64,000 nt of DNA from a virus, in the IMG/VR virus record IMGVR_UViG_3300008448_000012, positions 1 to 64,000 of that record. One strand, 5' to 3'. The position numbers and the translations under genes were made by a program. This document shows, in pieces, positions 1 to 7,573 of this stretch (positions are counted from its first letter, which is position 1; each line of letters starts with the position of its first letter). The notes beneath the pieces are model-generated. The model saw nothing but the letters and a program-made list of their open reading frames with translations, searched no databases and was not told the DNA's origin.

Positions 1-1
1 A

Positions 2-217
2 CAACTCGTCACAGTCTTCTAAAACATCAAATATAAAGTGTTCTTCTCCATATTTATTAAAAGAACTCTGCAGATGAACATTATGATGAATGTTTCCTCT
101 AAGAGCAACCTTGTGATCACAAAGTCTTTTATAAGTGTCTTTTGAAGCACCTATATAAACCTTATTGTTTATCTTATTCTGGATTATGTACACACCAGGA
201 CTACCTTTCTTTCTCAT
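2..217 (-). CDS. GIY-YIG homing endonuclease, N-terminal part (runs off window start)
   Basis: Manual translation: MRKKGSPGVYIIQNKINNKVYIGASKDTYKRLCDH...LQSSFNKYGEEHFIFDVLE; GVY/YIG, Arg and Glu motifs. Absent from the ORF track because truncated. Confidence 0.88.
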   Translation of the reverse strand, partial: MRKKGSPGVYIIQNKINNKVYIGASKDTYKRLCDHKVALRGNIHHNVHLQSSFNKYGEEHFIFDVLEDCDEL

Positions 218-237
218 TATGATATTATCTTAATGAG

Positions 238-269
238 CAAATCTATAACAAATAATTGAAACTACCAAA
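238..269 (-). promoter_or_regulatory. Bacteroidota sigma-A-type promoter
   Basis: Minus strand TTTG-N20-TAGATTTG, matching the -33 TTTG / -7 TAnnTTTG consensus, upstream of the HEG. Confidence 0.65.
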
Positions 270-279
270 TACATTTTTG

Positions 280-423
280 TTACATTTGTAGATATTCCTT
301 AACCCATTCCTCAACATCATCAACCTCATCCAAATCAAACTGACCTTCTGTAATAAGCAAATTACGATCTTCTGTAACAAGCAGTATTTCTTTATTGATT
401 TCTTCTAGAATATTTCTCTGCAT
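280..423 (-). CDS. hypothetical acidic protein (47 aa)
   Basis: Manual ORF MQRNILEEINKE...EYLQM; fits operon packing. Confidence 0.55.
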   Translation of the reverse strand: MQRNILEEINKEILLVTEDRNLLITEGQFDLDEVDDVEEWVKEYLQM

Positions 424-568
424 CTTTCAAAATTAAAGCAATTGTCCATTTAATCCAAACAATTTCCATGTATAAATAGAGAAAAGAACGGTTTCTTCTC
501 TCATAATAGAACCTAATGGAAGGAAGTAGATAAAGATTATTCAGCTCTTTAAAGAATACTATTCTCAT
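392..568 (-). CDS. hypothetical protein (58 aa)
   Basis: Manual ORF MRIVFFKEL...; ATGA overlap with the upstream gene. Confidence 0.5.
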   Translation of the reverse strand: MRIVFFKELNNLYLLPSIRFYYERRNRSFLYLYMEIVWIKWTIALILKDAEKYSRRNQ

Positions 569-756
569 TTTATGCTGTTTATGAATTCATCTCCTCTGCA
601 TATCAATTCCATTAATGTAGAAATTGATTTTGATTTGAGAACACCTTCCACCTCATCATTATCCCAGTATTTGACATAAAGCTCCCTGGGAATAGCACTC
701 CATAGCTCATCATAATTGTTCCAATGGAACACATAATTGTACAATTCTTGGCACAT
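565..756 (-). CDS. hypothetical protein
   Basis: ORF 565..840 trimmed to MCQELYNYVFHWN, just after the upstream stop. Confidence 0.65.
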   Translation of the reverse strand: MCQELYNYVFHWNNYDELWSAIPRELYVKYWDNDEVEGVLKSKSISTLMELICRGDEFINSIK

Positions 757-760
757 AGTG

Positions 761-997
761 TTATTGTTTATAATTGTTATTGTAATATCTCTCAGCACTG
801 AACTCTGTCCTGTTGATTTCATGCATTTCATCAAACTCATAACAGGTGAATCCTGTTTGCCATGCTTCCATTATCTGTTCTTTTTCCATTGCTTTGGCTT
901 GTTCCAAAATCTGTGTGCCATTAAGTTCACTATTACCATTGATGAACTTATGCAATTCGTTATTAAACCACTCTATTGCCGTTTGTTTATTTTCCAT
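761..997 (-). CDS. small phage protein, QTAxEW / QAKxMEKEQI family
   Basis: Paralogous to 987..1187. Confidence 0.8.
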   Translation of the reverse strand: MENKQTAIEWFNNELHKFINGNSELNGTQILEQAKAMEKEQIMEAWQTGFTCYEFDEMHEINRTEFSAERYYNNNYKQ

Positions 998-1187
998 ATG
1001 TTTCGTTGTAGTATTGTTTTGATATTTGATTTATATCCTCATCTTCTGGAAGTATCCATGCATTACCTAAAATAAATGATTCAATAATCTGCTCTTTCTC
1101 CATTTCTTTTGCTTGTTCAAATACTTCTTTGATATCTTCTGCTAATATCCTTTGATAAAACCATTCTACTGCTGTTTGATGTGCCAT
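987..1187 (-). CDS. small phage protein, QTAxEW / QAKxMEKEQI family
   Basis: MAHQTAVEWF...EQAKEMEKEQI. Confidence 0.8.
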   Translation of the reverse strand: MAHQTAVEWFYQRILAEDIKEVFEQAKEMEKEQIIESFILGNAWILPEDEDINQISKQYYNETYGK

Positions 1188-1190
1188 AGT

Positions 1191-1427
1191 TTATCTGTTT
1201 CTTATATTACTCATATCTAATATACTGTTGTTAGTCCCATTTGGTTCTAAACTAATTTCATGCATAATTTGTTTTACTCCTGCACTCTTAACCGCTTTGA
1301 AATAAATATTTCTTTTGTTTCCAATATGAATTGTAAACTCTTTTGAACCATCTGTTGACTTTGTTATTAAAATTGGTTCATTTTCGTCAAATTCAAAAAT
1401 CAAATCATTTTCTATTTGTTGTGCCAT
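1191..1427 (-). CDS. hypothetical protein
   Basis: ORF; 3-nt spacer junctions on both sides. Confidence 0.7.
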   Translation of the reverse strand: MAQQIENDLIFEFDENEPILITKSTDGSKEFTIHIGNKRNIYFKAVKSAGVKQIMHEISLEPNGTNNSILDMSNIRNR

Positions 1428-1430
1428 AAT

Positions 1431-1808
1431 TTATTTGTTTTTAACGATTTCAATTAGCTTCTTGAGACAAGCAAGTTCTGCTTCTTCGTAGCTGAGTAGA
1501 CCATATTCAAACATTAAGTTTTGAATAATAGTCATGTGTGGAACTTTACCGTAGTCCTTGTATAGCAATATGCTATATTTATCCCTAAACCATCTAAGTG
1601 CTTGAGAGTAGGTTGGAGCAGTAATACAATCCAAATTAAATACAATAATTATATTGGAATTATCACATGGATTAGATGTCCATTTCTTATAAACGTCAGG
1701 AGCAATTTGTAAATTTTTGTCTTCTGCATACCAAGCTAAACATGGTTCATCAAATCCTAATTCTTTAAGTTCTAATGCTTGTTCGTATGGTATAAATTCT
1801 TTGTTCAT
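1431..1808 (-). CDS. hypothetical phage protein (ALELKELGFDEPC...APTYSQALRWFR type)
   Basis: ORF, tight operon packing. Confidence 0.8.
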   Translation of the reverse strand: MNKEFIPYEQALELKELGFDEPCLAWYAEDKNLQIAPDVYKKWTSNPCDNSNIIIVFNLDCITAPTYSQALRWFRDKYSILLYKDYGKVPHMTIIQNLMFEYGLLSYEEAELACLKKLIEIVKNK

Positions 1809-1811
1809 AGT

Positions 1812-2387
1812 TTATTTGTATTTACCTACCCATTGTACGCCTTGGGCAGTGGTGACTGTTTTAGGAAAAGTTGATGTCGTTACATCTCCAACACTCCAAT
1901 CTGTATCTACAACTTCCATCTCACACTCAAACTCTGTTGGGTATTGGTGGAGGTATTGAATAATCTCTTCTGCATTAAAAAAGATTAAAGTAGAATCATG
2001 TTTGGAAGTAGTTGCCATATCAATAGCCTTCCTAATATCCTCCTCTGTGTACTTATACTTTTCACGGGCTTTGTTGTAGCCTGACTTGTAACCCGTTACC
2101 AACCATTCCTTATACAATTTATTACAAGATTTTGCATACTCATCTACACCATCTTCCTGATGTAGGGAATATGGTGGTAATAAGTCTACACCTTCAAGTA
2201 TTGGTGAATCATTAAGTGGGAGGTGGGCAATTATTTTCTTTACCGCATAAGAATCATAAGCCAGATGTTCATCTGTATTATATTTCATTATCTTATAGTC
2301 TCTATTAACAGCATAACCTTTTCCAATAGTAAGTGAATCATCTACCACCAAAATATAATCCGTGGTTTTAATTAGTTTGTGTGTCAT
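1812..2387 (-). CDS. hypothetical protein
   Basis: 191-aa ORF in the operon. Confidence 0.8.
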   Translation of the reverse strand: MTHKLIKTTDYILVVDDSLTIGKGYAVNRDYKIMKYNTDEHLAYDSYAVKKIIAHLPLNDSPILEGVDLLPPYSLHQEDGVDEYAKSCNKLYKEWLVTGYKSGYNKAREKYKYTEEDIRKAIDMATTSKHDSTLIFFNAEEIIQYLHQYPTEFECEMEVVDTDWSVGDVTTSTFPKTVTTAQGVQWVGKYK

Positions 2388-3292
2388 CTTAATTTTTTAT
2401 ATGTTTCTATTAATGATGATAGTGATGTTTTTATCGCTCTCCAAGAATTGTAATCAGACTTCTTAACGTCTAGCGATGATATGTTCCTTTCTAATCCTAC
2501 AAGCTCATTCATTAAATGACCTAACGTCCCTTTGTCTAACACCTTCTGAGATTGTTTTGCAAGATGGATAGACAAGATGTCAGAAAGACGCTTCTTGATT
2601 CCATTCATTCTCTCAATGCATTCTTCGTATGTGCCAATGAATGAAAAGTTGCTCTTCTCAAACATTTCTATTCCATATATGTACTTGTCGTCAATCTTGG
2701 CATAAGTTAAACCATTATGATTTGGGATGTCTATTCTTGACTTGTCTATACCGAACTCACTACAAGCTTCATATAAAAGAGTTGGTTTGCTCATTACGAG
2801 CTTGCACTTTGTTTCAGATATATCACTAGCGTTGAACGCTTGCATAGGAACGATACATTTGTACTCACTCACGGGATAGGTGACAAACTCTATTTCTAGA
2901 TTGTGAACAGTCTCTTGTGTTTCGTACACCCCAGAATAAGTCTTTATGAACCTAATCGCCCTAATTTCATCCTCTAGAGTATCATACTCAAAGTCTTCTA
3001 AGTCATCATTCCATTTTCTAGTTTTACCAATCTCATGTAGCTCTGTATTATAATCTATTACAGATATCCTCTCACCATTCTCTTTAGTATATCCAACAGT
3101 TACTCTACGAGAAGTCTTATACGTTGCCGTAACTGGTTTCTCTTTAGTTACAACCAGTTCACCACTCTTGAACCCAAGAATGGGGTCTGCTACAGGCTTT
3201 CCGTTTATCTCCATGGAATTATTATATCCAGTCTTGAATGTGTAGAATCCTGTCTTGGGGTCATGCGCTACTACTAGTTTGTTGTTGTCCAT
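2384..3292 (-). CDS. hypothetical protein
   Basis: 302-aa ORF, 4-nt overlap with the next gene. Confidence 0.85.
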   Translation of the reverse strand: MDNNKLVVAHDPKTGFYTFKTGYNNSMEINGKPVADPILGFKSGELVVTKEKPVTATYKTSRRVTVGYTKENGERISVIDYNTELHEIGKTRKWNDDLEDFEYDTLEDEIRAIRFIKTYSGVYETQETVHNLEIEFVTYPVSEYKCIVPMQAFNASDISETKCKLVMSKPTLLYEACSEFGIDKSRIDIPNHNGLTYAKIDDKYIYGIEMFEKSNFSFIGTYEECIERMNGIKKRLSDILSIHLAKQSQKVLDKGTLGHLMNELVGLERNISSLDVKKSDYNSWRAIKTSLSSLIETYKKLR

Positions 3293-3295
3293 AAT

Positions 3296-3538
3296 TTATT
3301 TTTTAGGTAGACTTTCTTTAAGCATTTCTCTATCCCATATATTGGTATTCCCTACAGCATACTGAGCAATCATGCACATTGTCCACTCAATCATCTCCTC
3401 AGATGTGAATAGCTTTTGTTTTGCTGTGTTGTAGCCAAGTTTCCAATAGTCAAGTCTTTCCAAGTTCTTTTTGAGGTCATCAATATCTTTATCTACCATT
3501 TTGTTGGTATCACCAATATGGTCTGTTTGTTGTGTCAT
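3296..3538 (-). CDS. hypothetical protein
   Basis: ORF starting MTQQT. Confidence 0.7.
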   Translation of the reverse strand: MTQQTDHIGDTNKMVDKDIDDLKKNLERLDYWKLGYNTAKQKLFTSEEMIEWTMCMIAQYAVGNTNIWDREMLKESLPKK

Positions 3539-3547
3539 AGTTTATTT

Positions 3548-3778
3548 TTATTTATTATCTGCATCCCATAGCCCTTCATTATACCCTTCACCAAACTTAT
3601 CCATTAGTTCAGTATCATACATTATTTTTGCTTGATTGCATTTAAATAATAATCCTTTTAAACAATTGTGCATTACAAGCATTGACCATACTACATCATT
3701 ATTATAATCCATTTCTAATATATCCATTTGTTCATTTATTGCTAATATTATTTCATCAAGTGCTGTTTGTTGTGCCAT
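3548..3778 (-). CDS. small phage protein, MAQQTA family
   Basis: MAQQTALD...QAK. Confidence 0.75.
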   Translation of the reverse strand: MAQQTALDEIILAINEQMDILEMDYNNDVVWSMLVMHNCLKGLLFKCNQAKIMYDTELMDKFGEGYNEGLWDADNK

Positions 3779-3781
3779 AGT

Positions 3782-3973
3782 TTATTTGTTTATTTCTATT
3801 AAAAGTTTGAACAGTAAAGTGCTTATCATGAATGTAACAACGAGTACAGCAGATGCTGGACCATAACTATATTCGCCAAGCTTATCAAATATTCTCCTGA
3901 TGAACCAATTGGACAAATGCTGTATAAGTACGATGAATAAGCATAGAGATATTGTTGCGATTGTTACTGCCAT
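3782..3973 (-). CDS. small membrane protein
   Basis: Two hydrophobic stretches. Confidence 0.65.
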   Translation of the reverse strand: MAVTIATISLCLFIVLIQHLSNWFIRRIFDKLGEYSYGPASAVLVVTFMISTLLFKLLIEINK

Positions 3974-3976
3974 AGT

Positions 3977-4234
3977 TTACAGTTTTTCTATTTCTTTTTT
4001 TACTTCTTGCCAACCAACGAAAGAACCTATAATAAGGCCTCTAGCATGAAGGTGTAAATCTTCTGCTACTTTGAGTGATTCTTTTAAGTCTTTTATTATC
4101 TCATCCACTGCTATTAATGCACATTGTTTGGAGCAATACTTTTTATCAAACCCTCTTCCATTATCTGATATCCGTGATTCTGCATACTCATCGAATGCAT
4201 CTATTAGCTGGAGAGCTTTTTCTCTTGGTGTCAT
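3977..4234 (-). CDS. hypothetical phage protein (MTPREKA...CALIAVDEII...WQEVKKEIEKL type)
   Basis: ORF, operon packing. Confidence 0.8.
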   Translation of the reverse strand: MTPREKALQLIDAFDEYAESRISDNGRGFDKKYCSKQCALIAVDEIIKDLKESLKVAEDLHLHARGLIIGSFVGWQEVKKEIEKL

Positions 4235-4237
4235 AGT

Positions 4238-4570
4238 TTATTTGTTTAGTTCATCCAAGTCTTCATCCAATCTTTCAAGAAACGTTTCCTCACCATCATC
4301 TCCTGACAATAGCCAATCTATTCTTTGTGCATACACTTGTGCTATTCTTAAAATGTTGACAGCATCCTTGAACTTAGCAATAACCTCATCAGGATATTTA
4401 TGGTGGTATAAGTCTTCTGGGTATTTCTCATACCAATCAGTACCATGCCATGATTCTTCTCTAAGTTCTCTATCTGTTTTCTTTCTACCATTTGTTTCTA
4501 TCTCTCTTTCAATGGATTCAGCTATATTGCCTATAGCGTATTGCTGATAATCAAATCTTCCACCCGACAA
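4238..4570 (-). CDS. hypothetical phage protein (MSGGRFDY... type), TTG start
   Basis: ORF 4238..4636 trimmed to TTG TCG GGT GGA, preceded by AAGGAGGT-TACT; the N-terminus matches a stub at 5313. Confidence 0.75.
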   Translation of the reverse strand: MSGGRFDYQQYAIGNIAESIEREIETNGRKKTDRELREESWHGTDWYEKYPEDLYHHKYPDEVIAKFKDAVNILRIAQVYAQRIDWLLSGDDGEETFLERLDEDLDELNK

Positions 4571-4583
4571 AGTAACCTCCTTT

Positions 4584-5279
4584 TTATTTTTTATGTTTTT
4601 TAATAGTTCTTGATATAGCTGATTGACAAACTCCAAAAATTCTAGCTATATCATTTTGACTGATTCCAGACTCGTGCATAGTTATTATTTTGCATATATC
4701 TGAACTACATAACTTTACATATACTGGTTGTCTTTTTTGATTCACTCCTGCATCTACATAAGAATATGATTTACCATTTAATACATTACCTATTGTCTTC
4801 CTGTCAACACCATACATTTTACTTATTTCTTTTTGAGTCAACCTACTTTCTGCTAATAGTTTTTTAATTTCAATAACCTGTTCTATTGTTAACTTTTTTA
4901 GAGAAGACTCATAGTAGCCTCGTTTTTCTCCCTTATACTTGTTTTTATTTGCTTTTGAAATATTCATTTTAGTTTCTTCTGACATATACGAATAGCTTTC
5001 TCCAGCTTTAGGTAACCTGCAATTTAATCCAACCTTTGAATCAAGAACATTGAACTTTAGACCATAAAACAACTCTCTTTCAAGTAACACATCTTCAGAA
5101 CATTCTTCAATAATTTCTAACACATGCGCACTCCATGTATATTTCTTTATAGAATTATACAGCTTTGTTTGGCTTTTACAATTCAATCCCTTATACGAAC
5201 AAACTCTGTTAGCTATATCATTAGATGAACCTATATACACCTTTCCACTAGGTGAAGTTATTTTGTAAATACCCATCAT
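4584..5279 (-). CDS. free-standing GIY-YIG homing endonuclease with NUMOD3-like and C-terminal HTH repeats
   Basis: GIYKITSPSGKVYIGSS, ERELFY, MSEETKMNISKANK, two HTH-like repeats. Confidence 0.92.
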   Translation of the reverse strand: MMGIYKITSPSGKVYIGSSNDIANRVCSYKGLNCKSQTKLYNSIKKYTWSAHVLEIIEECSEDVLLERELFYGLKFNVLDSKVGLNCRLPKAGESYSYMSEETKMNISKANKNKYKGEKRGYYESSLKKLTIEQVIEIKKLLAESRLTQKEISKMYGVDRKTIGNVLNGKSYSYVDAGVNQKRQPVYVKLCSSDICKIITMHESGISQNDIARIFGVCQSAISRTIKKHKK

Positions 5280-5313
5280 TTTGCAAATATACGTCAAACA
5301 TTCCTCCTGACAT
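5248..5313 (-). pseudogene. orphaned 5' stub (MSGGMFD...) of the gene now at 4238..4570
   Basis: ATG TCA GGA GGA ATG TTT GAC versus TTG TCG GGT GGA AGA TTT GAT; stops after 21 codons inside the HEG. Confidence 0.7.
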
Positions 5314-5317
5314 AATA

Positions 5318-5668
5318 TTACATTTTACAAGGTTTCTCTTTTCTTTTACCCTTCTGCATAGCCCAATTGACAATCTTTGCACTGACAAACCCACCTAATG
5401 TAGTGAGAGCTATATCAGTTACAGAAGGTTTACCACCATAATATAAATCATATCCTTCTTTAGCTACACCAGCAACAGCAGCACTGAATGTACCTATCAT
5501 GATTCTCTCTCTTGGGGTTTTGCCATACAGCATAGACGCTCCTGTACCTACACCAAATCCTACAACAAAATGTGCATAGCTATGTACATGATTCACACGA
5601 ACATTATACTGTGCATTGCTTGTTTGCATTTTCAGGAGAATAACCACTAACAAAATTACCTTTTTCAT
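5318..5668 (-). CDS. membrane protein, YfiM/VanZ-like
   Basis: Signal peptide, HFVVG...GVAKEGYD...SVTDIALTTLG pattern. Confidence 0.55.
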   Translation of the reverse strand: MKKVILLVVILLKMQTSNAQYNVRVNHVHSYAHFVVGFGVGTGASMLYGKTPRERIMIGTFSAAVAGVAKEGYDLYYGGKPSVTDIALTTLGGFVSAKIVNWAMQKGKRKEKPCKM

Positions 5669-5913
5669 TATTTTACGTATAAAAGTTTAGGAATCAATTC
5701 TTTAGGCTTTTCCTCTTTCCCATACATGAATTCATATATATCATCTATATGAAATGTATCTACTATTTTCTTTATATAATCAATACTAGGCAGACGTTCT
5801 CCTGACTCCCATCTTGCAAGAGTTCTGGAAGTGACACCAGCAATTTTTGCAAACTGCTCATATGTCATTCCATACTCTGTACGCAAGATTTTGATGTTCA
5901 ATCCAATTTTCAT
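5668..5913 (-). CDS. XRE-family HTH transcriptional regulator
   Basis: IKILRTEYGMTYEQFAKIAGVTSRTLARWESGERLPS. Confidence 0.9.
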   Translation of the reverse strand: MKIGLNIKILRTEYGMTYEQFAKIAGVTSRTLARWESGERLPSIDYIKKIVDTFHIDDIYEFMYGKEEKPKELIPKLLYVK

Positions 5914-6050
5914 AGGAATTCGCTTAAATAATCATCTTTTTCCAACTCACATTTAGCACATTTACATTTAACTCTGATCCCGTAAATGTACAAAATGTCC
6001 CATTTGTGTCCAAACAATTTGCATTTGAGCTTTGTTACAATCTTTTTCAT
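5910..6050 (-). CDS. small Zn-binding phage protein (DUF1660-like, 46 aa)
   Basis: Manual ORF ...LKCKLFGHKW...KCAKC. Confidence 0.65.
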   Translation of the reverse strand: MKKIVTKLKCKLFGHKWDILYIYGIRVKCKCAKCELEKDDYLSEFL

Positions 6051-6073
6051 TCTGGTTTAATTGATGTGTGTGT

Positions 6074-6110
6074 AAATAAAAATGCATGAACACCTTAATT
6101 CATGCATTTT
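6074..6110 (-). terminator. intrinsic terminator after tmRNA
   Basis: AAAATGCATGAA / TTCATGCATTTT 12-bp stem followed by a T-rich tail. Confidence 0.75.
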
Positions 6111-6111
6111 G

Positions 6112-6488
6112 TGGAGGTATTGGGATTCGAACCCAAGTCCAAACTAGAAGTCAATAAACAAATTCATTACATGCTTAGATCTGACAAGCTGATCAGTAAG
6201 GGATGACCGCATGAGGTCAAATCTCCACCACTTAGTTTATTTGTCAGAAAACTAAGAAACCTAGGAAATTTAATCCGTGTGTCATTTTCTGTTTCCAGGT
6301 ATGACTACCCAGTTGCTTATGCAGCGATTGCTACATCAGCGAAGAGAGAAGCAAGGATTGCTTCACCTTCAGCAACACGCTCAGAAGTTGTCTTAGCGTT
6401 TATTTGTTGTACACAGTTTAAAGAGATGTAGTACCTATCTCTGCATGTTTGTTTACCACTCACAAGTCTGTCAAAACCTGTTACCCCC
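6112..6488 (-). ncRNA. ssrA: tmRNA (one-piece, 377 nt)
   Basis: Acceptor GGGGGTA/TACCTCC-A with G3.U70, T-arm TTGGG-TTCGAAT-CCCAA, resume context ATAAAC-GCT, tag AKTTSERVAEGEAILASLFADVAIAA* (6397..6317); CCA not encoded. Confidence 0.95.
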
Positions 6489-6544
6489 ATATGTCCGTTA
6501 TTTCATACATTTTGGACTATTTTGTCTGAAATAACAAACATTTG

Positions 6545-6614
6545 CAGGACAGTGGGTATTCGAAACCCATCTTTTAGAGCCTAACCCTCTAACTGCAATA
6601 CCCTGCTCTGTCCT
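6545..6614 (-). tRNA. non-canonical tRNA-like element, anticodon-position TTA
   Basis: Acceptor AGGACAG/CTGTCCT, short D-arm GCAG-GGTA-TTGC, stem TTAGAG/CTCTAA with loop GGTTAGG, T-arm TGGGT-TTCGAAT-ACCCA; lacks U33 and G53-C61. Confidence 0.55.
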
Positions 6615-6696
6615 ATTTGCTCGTCTTTCCGAGCTGTCAGATAAGTTCTCCAGATTAATGGACTGGATGCCATGTAGGAAGATTATCATTTCTTCG

Positions 6697-6784
6697 TAGT
6701 CAGGACAGGATTCGAACCTGTAATTGTTTTGGGACTACATTACTGCGTCATACCTCCACCTTGATACCATTTCAGCACCTGACT
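6697..6784 (-). tRNA. tRNA-like element with no canonical anticodon arm
   Basis: Acceptor AGTCAGG/CCTGACT-A, D-loop AATGGTA, T-arm ACAGG-TTCGAAT-CCTGT; central region irregular. Confidence 0.6.
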
Positions 6785-6879
6785 GTTTGCTGTCTCTCCA
6801 AGCTGTCATACCACTTTGTATTCTGTTCTGGGGTATACCCGTTCCTAACGGTAAAACGGTATCAAAAACCAGTATGAGT

Positions 6880-7119
6880 TTAATCCAATATCTTCCTCCA
6901 CTTCTCTTGTTCTTCTTTAGGATTTGCTACATAAGCATTAATTGCAGACATGGCTTCATCTATATTTTGAAATGGAATATGCTTACATCCCACCTCAACA
7001 ACACATCCTATAGATAAGAATCTAATAGTAATTGGATACTCTCTAAGAAAATACTGCCTACTAGGAGTTTTTGGTCCTAATTCGATTGGTCCTTCTTGCA
7101 TTACCTGTTCTGTATACAT
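6880..7119 (-). CDS. hypothetical protein
   Basis: ORF with AAAACCAAT leader. Confidence 0.75.
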   Translation of the reverse strand: MYTEQVMQEGPIELGPKTPSRQYFLREYPITIRFLSIGCVVEVGCKHIPFQNIDEAMSAINAYVANPKEEQEKWRKILD

Positions 7120-7130
7120 AATTATTGGTT

Positions 7131-7514
7131 TTATAAATCTGCTATACCTAATCTTCTTTTGACCCTATCACAACCTTTTCTGAATAAATCATCACTCTTA
7201 TATAGATTGTCATAGGCTCTTTTTGCATGAATTACGTCAGAATGGTCATATTGAAATATGGTTTTAGCCAATTCTACTGTTCCTACACGCAATTCGTTTG
7301 TACAAATCTTGCAATATATCTTTTTAGCATCTGCATATCTCCTTCTCCTGCATTTTATATCAAGAAAGTCTGGAGGAGCATCTGTTTCAAAAATAATTGC
7401 CTCTTTCACATCTTCGATGGTAAAATTACGATAATTTTCCAAATATGGATGTTTTTTCTTATTTAGCATCCAATGTTTTAGTATTGGAAACACGTATGGT
7501 GAAATCAAATCCAT
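7131..7514 (-). CDS. DnaA C-terminal (domain IV)-like HTH protein
   Basis: R.R.YADAKKIYC...ELAKTIFQYDHSDVIHA resembles the DnaA DHxTVxHA signature. Confidence 0.7.
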   Translation of the reverse strand: MDLISPYVFPILKHWMLNKKKHPYLENYRNFTIEDVKEAIIFETDAPPDFLDIKCRRRRYADAKKIYCKICTNELRVGTVELAKTIFQYDHSDVIHAKRAYDNLYKSDDLFRKGCDRVKRRLGIADL

Positions 7515-7521
7515 AAAAATA

Positions 7522-7553
7522 TTTGGTAGAATCAAAAATAATATTTAAATTGC
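7522..7553 (+). promoter_or_regulatory. sigma-A-like promoter for the holin
   Basis: TTTG-N20-TAAATTGC (variant -7 box). Confidence 0.5.
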
Positions 7554-7573
7554 ACCCATTAAATTACTGAATC

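Noticed and set aside
4584-5313. Group I intron around the HEGs (here and at 45348..45965)
   Set aside because: Flanks are only 2-35 nt, leaving no room for a ribozyme core, and no P7-like motifs are visible.
6498-7017. ORFs 6498..6689 (-) and 6724..7017 (+)
   Set aside because: They overlap tRNA-like elements and a better minus-strand gene; no protein features.
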